This document shows positions 11,001-23,000 of a DNA stretch of 64,000 nt, piece by piece. The notes under the pieces were generated by a model. That model had not been told where the DNA came from. It worked only from the letters and a program-made list of their open reading frames with translations, and searched no databases. The translations under genes and the position numbers were made by a program. Location: positions 88,290,001 to 88,354,000 of the forward strand of contig OZ076409.1 in the NCBI GenBank assembly GCA_964187785.1, given 5' to 3'. Within the stretch, counting starts at the first letter, position 1. Every line of letters begins with the position of its first letter. This DNA is from Amphiscolops sp. MND2022 (lineage: Eukaryota).

Positions 11001-14000
11001 TCATAATTTTCATTCGGTAGGTGTGTAGGGGCATCGGTAAAATTTCGGTTGTCTCGGCTAGTAGCCGTATTCGGCCTTTCAGTTTCGCTGCGTTTTTCAT
11101 CATTTGCTGCATAGTCGTTGACGTCATTTTCATCACGCGTTGTAAGTGTATCTCGGCTAGTGGCCGTACGCGTCCTTATTTCATCTTCGGTGACGTTATT
11201 CTCATTTTGCGGCTTGGCAGTCGATTCGTCCCGAGTGGACGTCATTTCATGGCCATCGGACGCACTCGTCCTTACTTCGTTTTCAATGACGTCATTTTCG
11301 TTCCTTTCTTCGCTGCTGCATTCATTGTCGGTGACGTAATAGTCTACGTCGCCGCTCGTGGCGCCCTGTGGAAGGCGCGTGGCCGCGTCCGTCCAATCAT
11401 TCTTTCCCGGCTCAAACAGCTCGTACTCAAAGTTCGCTTCCCATGAAATGGTATATAAGTCGTCTTGCGGTATTACTATTGATTCGTCGGGCTGTAGTTT
11501 CTCTTCTTTATATTTGTCTTCTAATGGGGCGTTTGGGACAAATTTTTTGAGCCTGATTCGGTGTAGGATTTGCGTTTTGTTCGTATTTAAACGACGCACT
11601 ATATAATTATTGTTTGGTAGGACTTTTTGAACAACAAAGGGTCCAGTCCATCTGTAGTCCCTAAAGGGTATTTTTGATCCTTGACTATCCGCTTTTGGTT
11701 GAAGAACAAAACAATAGTCCTTTTCTTGTAGCGGAGCCGCTTTGGCCTTGCGGTCGTAGTATTCCTTGTACTTTAAATACGACTGCATGATATTGTTCTT
11801 CGTCTGATCAATGAGGATTTGCGTCCTCTGTTGTAATTCTTCCGCAAATTCAGTTGTTGGTAGGGAATTTTTATTAGGATTATTTCCCAATTTATGATCA
11901 AGGACGTTATAGGGAATTCGTCCGTGAAAGACCTTGCTAGGTTCACATCCAATACTCGAATGATAAGTAGTGTTGTAGTTGAGCACAGCCAGCGGCAAAT
12001 ATTTATGCCATTGACGGCGATATTCCCCTGAGGCCATTTTCAAATTAGTCTTCAAAGAGGCGTGAGTCCTCTCAAGTTTGCCAATAGTTTGCGGGTGCTT
12101 TGTAGTTGCGCATTTGAGTGTTATGCCCAATATTGCAGTAATTTCTGCCAAAATTGTTGAAGTAAATGCGGACCCCTTGTCTGTGATAAGAGTTGTCGGT
12201 AAATAAGTGTGTTTCGTCATTATATCAATTATCACCTTGGCTACATTTGCGGCTGTTGCCTCAATTAGCGGGTAGGCGAAAAGATATCGTGAGAATACAT
12301 CTTTTGCTGTCATCACTGTCTGGTATCCGCCACTAATTGGTAAATTTGGTAACAAATCAATTTGCATGGCATCTTCTGGACCAAGGTCCCATTCAGGCAA
12401 ATTTAGCAATTCAGGTGTAATTGCAGCATTGGGGACTCTCTTGTCCTTGGCACATATTTGACACCCTTCTACCCACTTTTTGACGTGTTTTGCTATTCCT
12501 GGGTAGTAATACTTTTGACGAATTTCCTGTAGCATTTTAGAAATGCCCGGGTGTCGATGTGCTGTGCCATGTATTGCTTGTAATATTTCTTTGAGTAAAT
12601 GCTTTGGCAATAAGATTTGATGGTATTTGACCTGTCCAGTTTCATCATAGTACTGTCGCGTCACTATCTCGTCTTTGAGGACTATTCTGTCTATGTTGTT
12701 CAAGTAATACTTGTACCGAATATCCTGTTGAAGGATTTCTTCAGAGTATTCTTCATTTTGAAGTTTCGCCCTCAGTTGGAGGAGAATCGGGTCTCTGGAT
12801 TGTTCAAGCAGTATCTGATTTGTTCTTCTTAATTTCTGTGTGAAGTTAGTGATCTCTTCGACGGTATTTTCTGATATAGCGTCAATTTGGATTACTGCCT
12901 CAGGGACTATGAGGCCCCTTTTGGATTGTTGTTTCCGTTCCCAAATTTGTTGCTCTGTCTCATCGTCTGCTTCAGTAAAAAAGACTTGCTCTTCTTCAGA
13001 TACTCCCGCTGATTGAACATTGACTTCAATTGGTCGGGTCTCGACGTCTGCACGTATTTTCAGGACTAACTTTTCATTAGGGTCCATTTCCATACGGGAC
13101 AAGTAGTCTGCCGCTGTATTGTTTTTGCCTGGAATGTGAGCTATAATGAAGTTGAATTGAATGACAAAATCACAAGCATTCCAGAGGGGCGGTGGAATTA
13201 TCTTTGTCTGGAAGAACCTTGTGACCGATTTGTTATCTGTGAGGATAATCACGGGATGAGGTGTTCCCCAGAAGATATGTCCAAACTCCTTAAATGCATA
13301 ATATATAGCTAGGAATTCCTTTGCATATATCGACATTTTGAGCTGAGAAGGCGTGAAAGTCTTAGATCCATATGCAATCGGTGCATAGGACTTTTTAGCA
13401 GAAGTGTATTTTTGGTTTGGGTCGTCTTCGGTCAATATGGCGTAACCGGCTGCTGTAAAACTTGCGTCAGTCATGAGGACCAGTTGTTTGTTCGGCAGAG
13501 GTTGTTTCAACGCCAATTGGCTACATCGGTCTAAATCGCGGTTGATCTCATTAAATTGTTCAACTAGCTCTTGCGTTACTAGTACTTTTTCATCTTTTTT
13601 GAGCAATTGGAAGAAGGGAACTAGTTTTTCGGATAGCCTTGGAATATAATTCCTGTAATAATTGAGGAAACCAAGGTAGCGTTGTAAGGCCTTCTTGGAC
13701 TTTGGGAATTTCGTCTTTTCCAAAAAGTTAGTGATTCTTTCTTTTTGGGGTTTTACGCCTTCAGGTGTAATGGTTCTCCCAAGAAAGTCAATTTCAGTAG
13801 CACCGAAATGGCACTTGTGCATGGACAATTTCAATCCTGCTTCTCTGATACATTGGAACGTTGCTCTTAAGTTGACGATAAGCTGGTTAGCGTCTGTCGC
13901 CGCGACGCCGATATCGTCCACATATTGAGCACATTGGTCTGCTTTTATAACACGGTCCAAATATTCCCTTATAAAACTGGAGAAGGCCGACAGGGCTCTA

Positions 14001-17000
14001 CTGAGTCCTTGGGCTAATCTTCTATATGCAAATGTTCTGCTGGCGAAGTTAAAGGCCAGCATTTCAATCGATTTCTGGTCCGCCATGGGTAGGCAGTGGT
14101 AAGCCTGGGAACAGTCGAGTTTGCAAAAGAGCTTTTTGCCTGCCATATGTTGTGCCGCATCCGTTAGGGTACTGACTGGGTGATTGTTGTTGATATAATC
14201 GTCTGAGATGAGATTATTTATTTTCCTCAAATCAACCAACAGTCTCAATTTCCCATTGGGTTTTTTCTGCGCGAAGATGGGACTGGCATACTTTGAGAAT
14301 GGTAATGTCGTTATAATACCATATTTATGAAGTAACGCCAGTTCGACCAATATGTCCTCTTTGAGGTTGACTGGGGTAGGTAGGCTCTGACTGTAGGCAG
14401 GTGATTCGTCTTTTGGGGTCAGTTTGACCGTAAATTCCTCATTGACGCCTATGTCAAATCTATGGCGTGCAAAGATGTCATGGAATTCCACTAATAGAGT
14501 CTCTATTTGTCTGATTTCATGTTGTTGTAACATTGAGTCTTTCCAATCAAAGTTGCTGAGGAATTTTCGACGAGATTCCGCATCGTCGTGCGGGTTGAGT
14601 TGTTCTAAACTTTGTAGATTTCGTAATTCTTTGAGAATTCTTTGTTGTATTGGGGTATGAGTCGTTTCGTCCCCTGGGTTTTCAGGCGTGGGGAACCAAT
14701 ATTGTTCGTATTGGTCATTATTTCTGTTAGCTTTAAGAAGGCTACTTATATAATAAATAGCGTCATCTTCATTTTCATTCAGTAAGTGCCAGGTGGACAC
14801 TGGGTCTATTGGCCTGACGTGTTTCATCTGTTCAGGGGTCATCACTGAGAAGTTTGCAATGTGCATCCCTTTCTTTATTTTATAGGGTTGATCAGTGAAA
14901 TTGTTAACGTGTATTCTCATAGCCCCTTCATGTAGCGTGACTATGGCGGCACAGAAGGTTATGTCGCCTTCTTCGTGCAGAAGATCGCTGGGTTGCAATT
15001 TACCCGTAACTGCATTTTCTGCATAAATTTGTGATTGAATGGGTATGACTACATGGTCATTGGGCGGAATTGTGACATCCTCAGGGTTGAGGATGGGTTC
15101 CAAAACATTTGAGTATTTATGGTCAGCCGTCTTGAGTTGCATCGAGAAGTAAGGAAAGTTGAGTATACCTTGGCGCATGTCCAGGACAGTGTGGTTCCTT
15201 TGGAGGAACATTACTCCAATTATGGGGCTTGATAGTTTTTCCATTACTATGAAAATTTCGTGAAATTCTATATCGCCCACTTCGAATTTTAGTTCGACCG
15301 TGCTCTTTGGGGTTTCTAAGTCTCCATTTGCGACCATTATTTGGAAGGATGGTGCAGGACCTTCTTTTATAATGGATTGGGGGGCCAACAGGCGTATTTT
15401 CCTGAGGTCTGCCTCCGGGATTGCACTGGAGTGAGCTCCAGTGTCTATCAGGCCGTCTAGAGTTAATTCCCCAAAGTCCATTGGGAAATAGAGCATTCGT
15501 CGTTTGAATTTAAGTCCAAGGTTCGTTGAAAGGGGAACATAGGGTAATTCTCCTTCTTTGGCCACTAGGAGGTGTAAGAAAGCTGTCTCGTCTAAAAGAC
15601 TATTAGGAGCCTTGTGGTCCTCCTGTGTGTGTATGGCGTCTACTTCTTGTATAGTTGCCTCAAAGTTCGGCTGCCAAAGATCAATGAGGGCCCGAGACAG
15701 TGTGTTATCTTCAATGTCTGGGTCGTCCTCGTCGTCAGTTGGAGGGTAATCTTCGTTTCGGAATTGTAAATTGGTTTTGTCATATAGTTCCTCGTCCCAG
15801 TACGGGTCTTTGCCATACTCGGGGTCATAGTATTGAGGGTTATAATCTTCGACAATTTGTAAGGGTCTAAATTGAGTTTCGGAGTCTTTGTGGTTACTGT
15901 TCCGTCGGTATAAGTATGGGTGATCACTGTGGATGATATATTGAGTTTCTCTGCGGGCGTCGGCCATCTGCTGCTGCCAGACAGTCGATGGCATCCCTGT
16001 GGTGTCATTTTGAGTTTGTTTATATGTAATGTTTGCAGGGTCAGATATGACGTACTGTCGTACTGACATCTTGTTACATATTTGGAGTCGTGGCGAAATT
16101 AGTTTTTTGAGTCCGTTTTTCGTGGGTTTGATTGGCTCGAAGATGCAGTTTCGGGGTTAGTTGACTCTTTAGACAACTTCTCATCGCCGGAGTTTTCATC
16201 GGCTTTATCTTCGGGTCTTGTCCTTTTGGGACGTAGATGTGCTCCAGCCCCTTTCCAGCATCTTTCAACGGGGTGATTTTTCTTTCCGCAAGTAGGACAT
16301 TCTGGGTATGTAGGACATTGGGGCTTTTTGCCATTTTTGTCCTCCAGTTCTTTCTTCTTTTTCAATTTGGGGCAGCTCTTATAAAAGTGGCCTGTGGCTT
16401 TACAATAAGAGCATTGTGCGTCCTTATTAGTATTTATGCCATTAGAGAGCAGATTGTTGTTACTGGTGGACGCAGAGGCCATTGTGGCGATTGGCAAATC
16501 GTCTGATTCTTCTAATGCGTTGAGTTCAAGCTCTCTTTCGAGATGAGCGACGATTTCTTCATATGTCCCGTTCTCCAGGCGGGCCATATTGACAGATCGT
16601 TTCAATTTTGGAGGCAGTTTTGCGTATAATAAGCTGTCAATCATGCTTTTTGCATTCTCGCCAAACGCTTTTTCTGCCCCCTGGTTGAGTTCTTCCAAGA
16701 AATCCGGCAATTTCATGGTATTCGGATCGAAAGTCAGCCGATGCCATTTGTGTTTTGCCGTTGCTTGGGATTCCGGTTTGACATATTTTCTCCGGAATAT
16801 GATCAGCACGTCCTCGAGTGTTTGGCGGTTAATTGAGTTTATGTTCCTGAAGGTCTGCAAGGCTCCTTTCCTGAGCAGTGAATGGAAATGGTTAATTTTC
16901 ATTTGCTCTGTCATGGCCGGTTGCATTTTGATCATTGTGTGGAACAAATCTTCAAAGAGTTCGAATTTCTCACTCTTTCCGTCAAACGTCATAGGGGTTG

Positions 17001-20000
17001 TTTGGACTGGTCTGATAGTCATCGTTTGTGGCTTGTTCTGCAAATTGACCAGCACGTCGGCCAATCTGTTCAAAGGGTCTTGAGGTGTCTCAGGGACCTC
17101 TGGTTCTGGGGCTGGCATAGTGGTGTCCAGAGAGACATTGTGGTTTGATTGCTGCCTCTCCAGGTTGGGGATTGAGTGGATTCGTCCAGTGAGGAATTCA
17201 GGTATAGGCTGCTGGGCTTCGTTAGCTCCTGTCACCATGTAAGAGCCACGTTCCGCGGCGTTTCTTAAGTCGCCCATGGACCGTGAGTCCTTTTTCAATA
17301 TCTTAGTTCTTAAGCCGGATAAATCATTCCTATTCTCCTGACTACTAGGGGACGTACTGGCCTCAGTGTCCCTGTTCCCTGAAGACGACATAGAACTCAC
17401 AATGTTTTGTATTTCTGGAATCACCTTCTCCGCTATAGCAGTGCTAATTGCTCTGTTTATTTGACCGTGAACCATAGCCATCATAGAATCCATTTCCTGG
17501 GACAACCTAAGATTAAATTCGTTTGAGAAAGTTTCAAAGGACTGTCTTATGTCATTTTGACCATGAGGCTCATTTTCATGTATGAAATCTCTAAAGTCAT
17601 TTCTTGAATGGCTACCAATTTCCATGTCGCCGTGGGCGGAAGATTGGTCTATTACACCTGCTAACTCTCTTTCTAAAGGGTTTTCATTCCCAATCATCAC
17701 GTCTAAATTATCCATATCGGACAATATGTCCATTTCTCTGGATTTTCTAGCTTTTGCTTTCTGTCTCCTTGTAGAAGGCATAAGAGTTTATTGCAAGAGG
17801 TAAGAATTTGAATTAGTTCCTTAGGCTTGCAAACAGAGTTTGAGTATTCCAACAAACTGATTGTAACAATAACAGGTAACATTGTCCCTGGGACCTAGGG
17901 TCCGCAGTATATATAGTTCAAGTTTACATGACACGCAATATTATGGGGGTCACATTCTAAAAATAGCCTTCACTGCCATCTAAATACAGTAACTGCTATA
18001 TATAGCAACATGACATCACATAGTGGTCTAAAATTAGACTTCAAAGCCTGTCGGCTTGATTTGTTTAAGAGGACACTGAGTCCTTAACATAGCATCATCA
18101 ATTCAACACTTCATACATTTACATGTACAACAAATTTCATGTTTTTTAATAAATAGAGTGGTGTTTTAGCCAAGCAGGCTAAATACATACTAAATAGCAA
18201 CATTTCATGGTATATTTCATCATTTCTAAGGCACAGAGAAAATACGTCCTTGGCGTCCAAATAGACGTGAACGGCCTGAAATAATGGCTTATTTGAAGCA
18301 ACGCATGGCTAGTTGGACCAGCAGTCCTTTTAATCACAGCTAAGCACTAAGCGAATATACGAACAAAAGCCGAGTACGGCGCTTGTACAAAGCCGCGCCG
18401 TACTAGAATGGATTAATTTAATGAACACTGCACTCTGATTGGTCAGTTTAATAATTGGACTGGCCGTCCTCGGCGACAGGAGAGAAAACACTTGAACTCG
18501 TTTCCTCCTCCTGTACGCCTTGGTGTCCAATTATTAATGCTGTTAATCAACTTTACATAATGCAATGTATTAAATCAATAATACAGTAACTGAATAAAAG
18601 TAACATCGTATTTTAAGGGCATTAATACATGGAAAATAGTTTTGCAAAATGGTTAGTTTTACACTAAGTTTCAAACTTCTTCGTTATTTTCCTCAATTAA
18701 GGGGGACCGTTCCGGGTAGGGCCTTGCTGTAGTCATATGCCACAGAGTACCAATTGCCATCGCAGGCGGCTGCCTGCGACAATAATGTTTTCATTTCTCG
18801 TATAACATTATCGATTTTTCCTAAAGGTTCACATAATTTGTTGAGCCTTAGATATATTGCGCCGACTTGGGCCGTTCCCGGCTTGTTTATTATTAAGGTA
18901 TACCACAAGCTGGTAGTGAAAATTCAATTTCAAATTTCGCTTCTATTTGTTAATTGCCCAAAACACGCGTAGCGGGTAACTTTAGTGAGATTTGAACTTA
19001 TAACAAATGCACACTGTGCATTTGTTATAGGTTCAAATCTCACTAAAGTTACCCGCTACGCGTGTTTTGGGCAATTAACAAATAGAAGCGAAATTTGAAA
19101 TTGAATTTTCACTACCAGCAGTTAAACTGGCAGTTAAACAGTTTACTTGTGTAATTCCACAAATTGCCGACTTCTTGCATTTTTTCAAAAAGTTCTTCAA
19201 AATTTCTACCAATCGCGCGTTTTTTTGATAAATCCCATATCGTTTCACTACGATTGGTATTTTTCAGTCAATTTTTAACCTTCAAAGTTAGTTTTCTATT
19301 ATTTAGGAAACGGTATTTTTTCATCAAAAGTTGCTGTTTTATCAATTCAGTGTCTTTGGGTATTGTATCCTTTTTAATTGACCAAAATCTGAAAAAATTA
19401 CGACTAAATTTGCGGGACTCTTACATTATTTTTTTTCTTTTTTTACATTTGAAAAAGGCACAGAGCAAAGAAAGCGGATAGGGGTAGTCGATACGGCAGT
19501 TGTTGTTTTGATCATTTTCTTCAGAATCAGCAAGGCTGAGTTCGATTCTAGCGAGAATCCATTTAAAAAAAATTTTTTTGAATGAAAAGCTCTATGAGCT
19601 TGCACAAGAGTCCTCCTTTGGGTTTTTAAAGCACTGTGCGACTTTATTCAATTTTTTCTTAACACCTCCTTCAGTTTTGTCAAAAAATGTTTTTGGTAAA
19701 GAAAAAGTTTTTATGAGCTCAAAGTGTCCCCACGTTGCTTTTTTTTGGACGGTGAGATTTCCACATTTAACTGAAACGCTGCAAATAAACTACAGTACTG
19801 TGATTAAGAAATCGTCCCCCTATGCGCTAAGCGTCGATATCAACCAATTAGAATTGCGTATTTGCTCTCACTTTCAATCAATTCTGATTGGCGCATAAGT
19901 GATATCTCCGGCGCAGAAGGGAACACTTGGTTTTTGAAATATTTTTCTAAAAATTTTAAATTCATCGAATTCTGCAGATTGTATAGAATTCAATGATATA

Positions 20001-23000
20001 ATTTTCGTTTCAAAAACATTCTAAATGGAAAAATAATGGCAGTTTTCCGCCGCGAAACGTTCATTTCCTATCTTAATACATGTAAATCGACGAAATTTTA
20101 CCTTTCGAGCATGATATTTCAAAAACGGTTGATAATTTTTGAAATCTAAAAATACCCATAGATTCAGTAGATTTGTGCGAGTTATTTGAGCATAAAACTT
20201 GCCGAAAAAACTGTGGATAAAACGGTCAAAAATTGGTAAAACGGAAAAAAGCCCCAAATTTGCTCAAAATCAGCTAATTGTAACTTTCTCAAATTTTGTC
20301 CCAGAAAAATTTAAAAAAAACACTTATGTAAACTAGATGAAATTCTACGAAACTTTTATTTCTTATGTTTTTCAAAATTCTCAACAGATTTCGAGAAAAT
20401 CGAGCCTGAAATCGCCCTGGGGGACGTTTTCTTAATCACTGTACTGTATTTGAAAACACTTGATGCTGTTGAAGCCTTAAGTTGGCTGTGAACTGTTCTC
20501 AGTTTGTTCATCCCGGCATTTTAATTTTTTTCAAAAATTTTACAGAGGTGATCGACACTCTGTATTCTCTGAGAGAAAGTTTCACACTGATTGACCTGAC
20601 CAGTACAGATGCTTTGAGAGAGTCAATGATCACACACATAGTGAGAGCCGACTTGACAGTGAGTCACAAACTGAAGACGTTGATTGAGTGGGGAAGGTTC
20701 AACAGAGCGGCCGACTTGATTTCGCAACTTAAGAAGTCGCAATCTGGGAGAAGAGAGCTGAAAAACAGCTTCGCAAAAACTCTAACTCATCTTTTCGTGC
20801 TTGGAGAGGCTGAAGCTATTGAACTTTTGCTCATGCAAGATCTTGCAGATGTCGAAAAAGAGATGAACATGGTTTGTATAATCGAGCTTTGTTGAACTGT
20901 TTCTGAAATAGCGTCAATAGTAGAGCCTGGACCAGTTACGATTTCCACTTAATCGATTAATCGTTAAAAGAAGTAGAAAATCTCCCCATAGTACTTGCTA
21001 AAGGCCTAACAATGGTGAGTTGAGAGAGATTCGAACCTGAATAATCGGTTAACCTGAAAAACCTGAAAGTTAACAAGTTAACCGATAATCCGATAATGTA
21101 TCTAAATTACCAAAGAGCGAAATTGAATAAGGTTGAGTTGTGAAAAAACTGTATCATAAGAATCCAAACAAATTTCCATTGGATTCTAAAGTTCCATGGT
21201 TTTGAAACTTGAACGCAGTTCCAAAAGTGGAGAAAATTAGTTGTGGAGCAACACTAGTATCAACCCTAATCGAGATTGCTTGAACTTTTTACATGCTGCA
21301 TGGAAACATGCAGGCTAATAAATTTTTACAAAACATGGAAATTTCACGGACCATGCATAGAAAAACTTGGTAAAACTTCCCAGCAATTTGTTAAATGCTT
21401 AAAGCACTTCCATGCACGATGAAAAACCTTCCAAGCCGTTTACAGAACTTCTTAAAAAATTAGGAAGCAAGAAAACGAAGGCTCCGGTCGATCTTAAATC
21501 TGCAACAACTTTGGAAAACTTATTCAAACACTTTCTGTTCATCTTGAAACCTAGTGTACTATATCAAAACGTCAGTCCAATGGGAAAAATCAATTCGATC
21601 ATCACAAAAACAGACAAACACAAAAAAAGACAGTTCATCAGCATTCAAATTTATTTATTGTAAAATCATACGTAGTTGCTTAGGCCAAAACGAGTTCGTA
21701 GTTTCAGAAATCTGCAAAACCAGACCAATTTCTACTTCCCATACGACAGCTAGAACTGCGGCCGCCACGTCTTAAGCACTCCAACTGCAAGGAGGATAAG
21801 ACCAGACAACTACCATGGCATGGTTGGAGAGTCTGAATAAAAAAGTTTCTAAATCATTCGATACTTTGATACAAAGCGAGACAAAAAGCAAGGTTTTCAA
21901 ACAATTCAAAGGCATCGGTAGAGGAGGTAGAGGATTTGATGCCAAACTAGTCTTCGACATTTTCACTAAACATTGCAATCTGCAAATAGTAAAAAAGGTT
22001 TCAATAACAATAAAAATGTGTTCGAATGTTTCAAAAAAAGCCCCGTATGCAAGTTTTTCTGAAATATCCAAAACAGCTTCGTGAAAACGCAAAAAATGTA
22101 AAACAATAATCAAAAAGTTCTCTTTATTATAGAAATGTTTTGGTTTTTCCAAACCTGAAAAGTGATGAATTTTGCATATTCCAACAGTTTTCATGCAAAA
22201 AAGTTTTCCACCGAAAAAAACTACAGTTGTACGAACTTGTTTACCACACTGCCATTCCTTGGATATTTGTTCATGTCATTCTGTAGCATCTGTGCTCACA
22301 AAATTTGAAGTTTAGCCCGCAAAAACTCACAAAATTTCTCGGGTGTTTTTCTTTAATTTCTTTGATGTAGTTAACTATTAATTAACCAGTTAATCGGTTA
22401 GCTGGTCAAGACTCTAGTCAATAGTAACTTACTCTGGCTCTTTTGATTGAATCAAACCCAGCACTGAAAATTCATCAACAATGAAGATGACACAATCTCC
22501 AAAGAAAGATTATGGACAAAACGAAGTTATTCTAGGAGCCCAACAAATTAATTTAAAAACACTAACGCACACTAAGAGAATCTAAAATCGGAACTATCAT
22601 GGAAAAGATCGAAGCTTAAGCTTTTTTTCACATTTAGGAGAAGCTCTACAATCTGGTCGATCAAATTCTCTGCCTGCGTCCTTCCTACTTGCTCAGTGCG
22701 GTCGTTCGAAACTATTCAGATTTCTCCAAAAAGGGCCACACTGACCGAGACGTGATTTTGCAGATATTCATGAGACTATTTGATGGTTTGCCCATCACCG
22801 CAAATGTTTTTGAGAAATCATCAGATAAGTTTGTTGGTCTCACGCCCTTGTTCTATCTATCTCTTCTATGTCTCAATAAAAACCTGAGGTTAGTTAAGTT
22901 AAGTGTTTGCTTCCTCAAAAGCCATTATATTTCTCGTTTTCTTGAAAAACTTAGTTTTAGCCTCGGATGTTTTCCTCCCCAGTTGCTGCCATAACTTCCA

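Larger units (their letters stand above)
3207..18781 (-). mobile_element. Full-length Ty3/Gypsy LTR retrotransposon (15,575 bp) with gag, pol and two accessory genes
   Basis: Direct repeats 3207..4750 and 17238..18781 (1,544 bp each, TG...CA ends). ATAAT on both sides (3202..3206 and 18782..18786). PBS next to the right LTR and PPT next to the left LTR on the minus strand. pol domain order PR-RT-RNaseH-IN. Confidence 0.97.
3024..18887 (-). mobile_element. Helentron/DINE-like non-autonomous element (family A) split by the Gypsy insertion
   Basis: 5' end AACAAGCCGGGAACGGCCCAAGTCGGCGC at 18887 (minus strand); 3' hairpin AGTCGGCACTTTTC-CTAC-GAAAAGTGCCCGACT at 3026..3058. Confidence 0.7.

Noticed and set aside
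11021..17803. Short plus-strand ORFs opposite gag/pol
   Set aside because: Antisense shadows of long coding frames, with no recognisable motifs or splice structure.
18693..18908. 71-aa ORF sharing its C-terminus with the accessory ORF
   Set aside because: Chance read-in from flanking DNA into the 5' LTR copy of the ORF tail.
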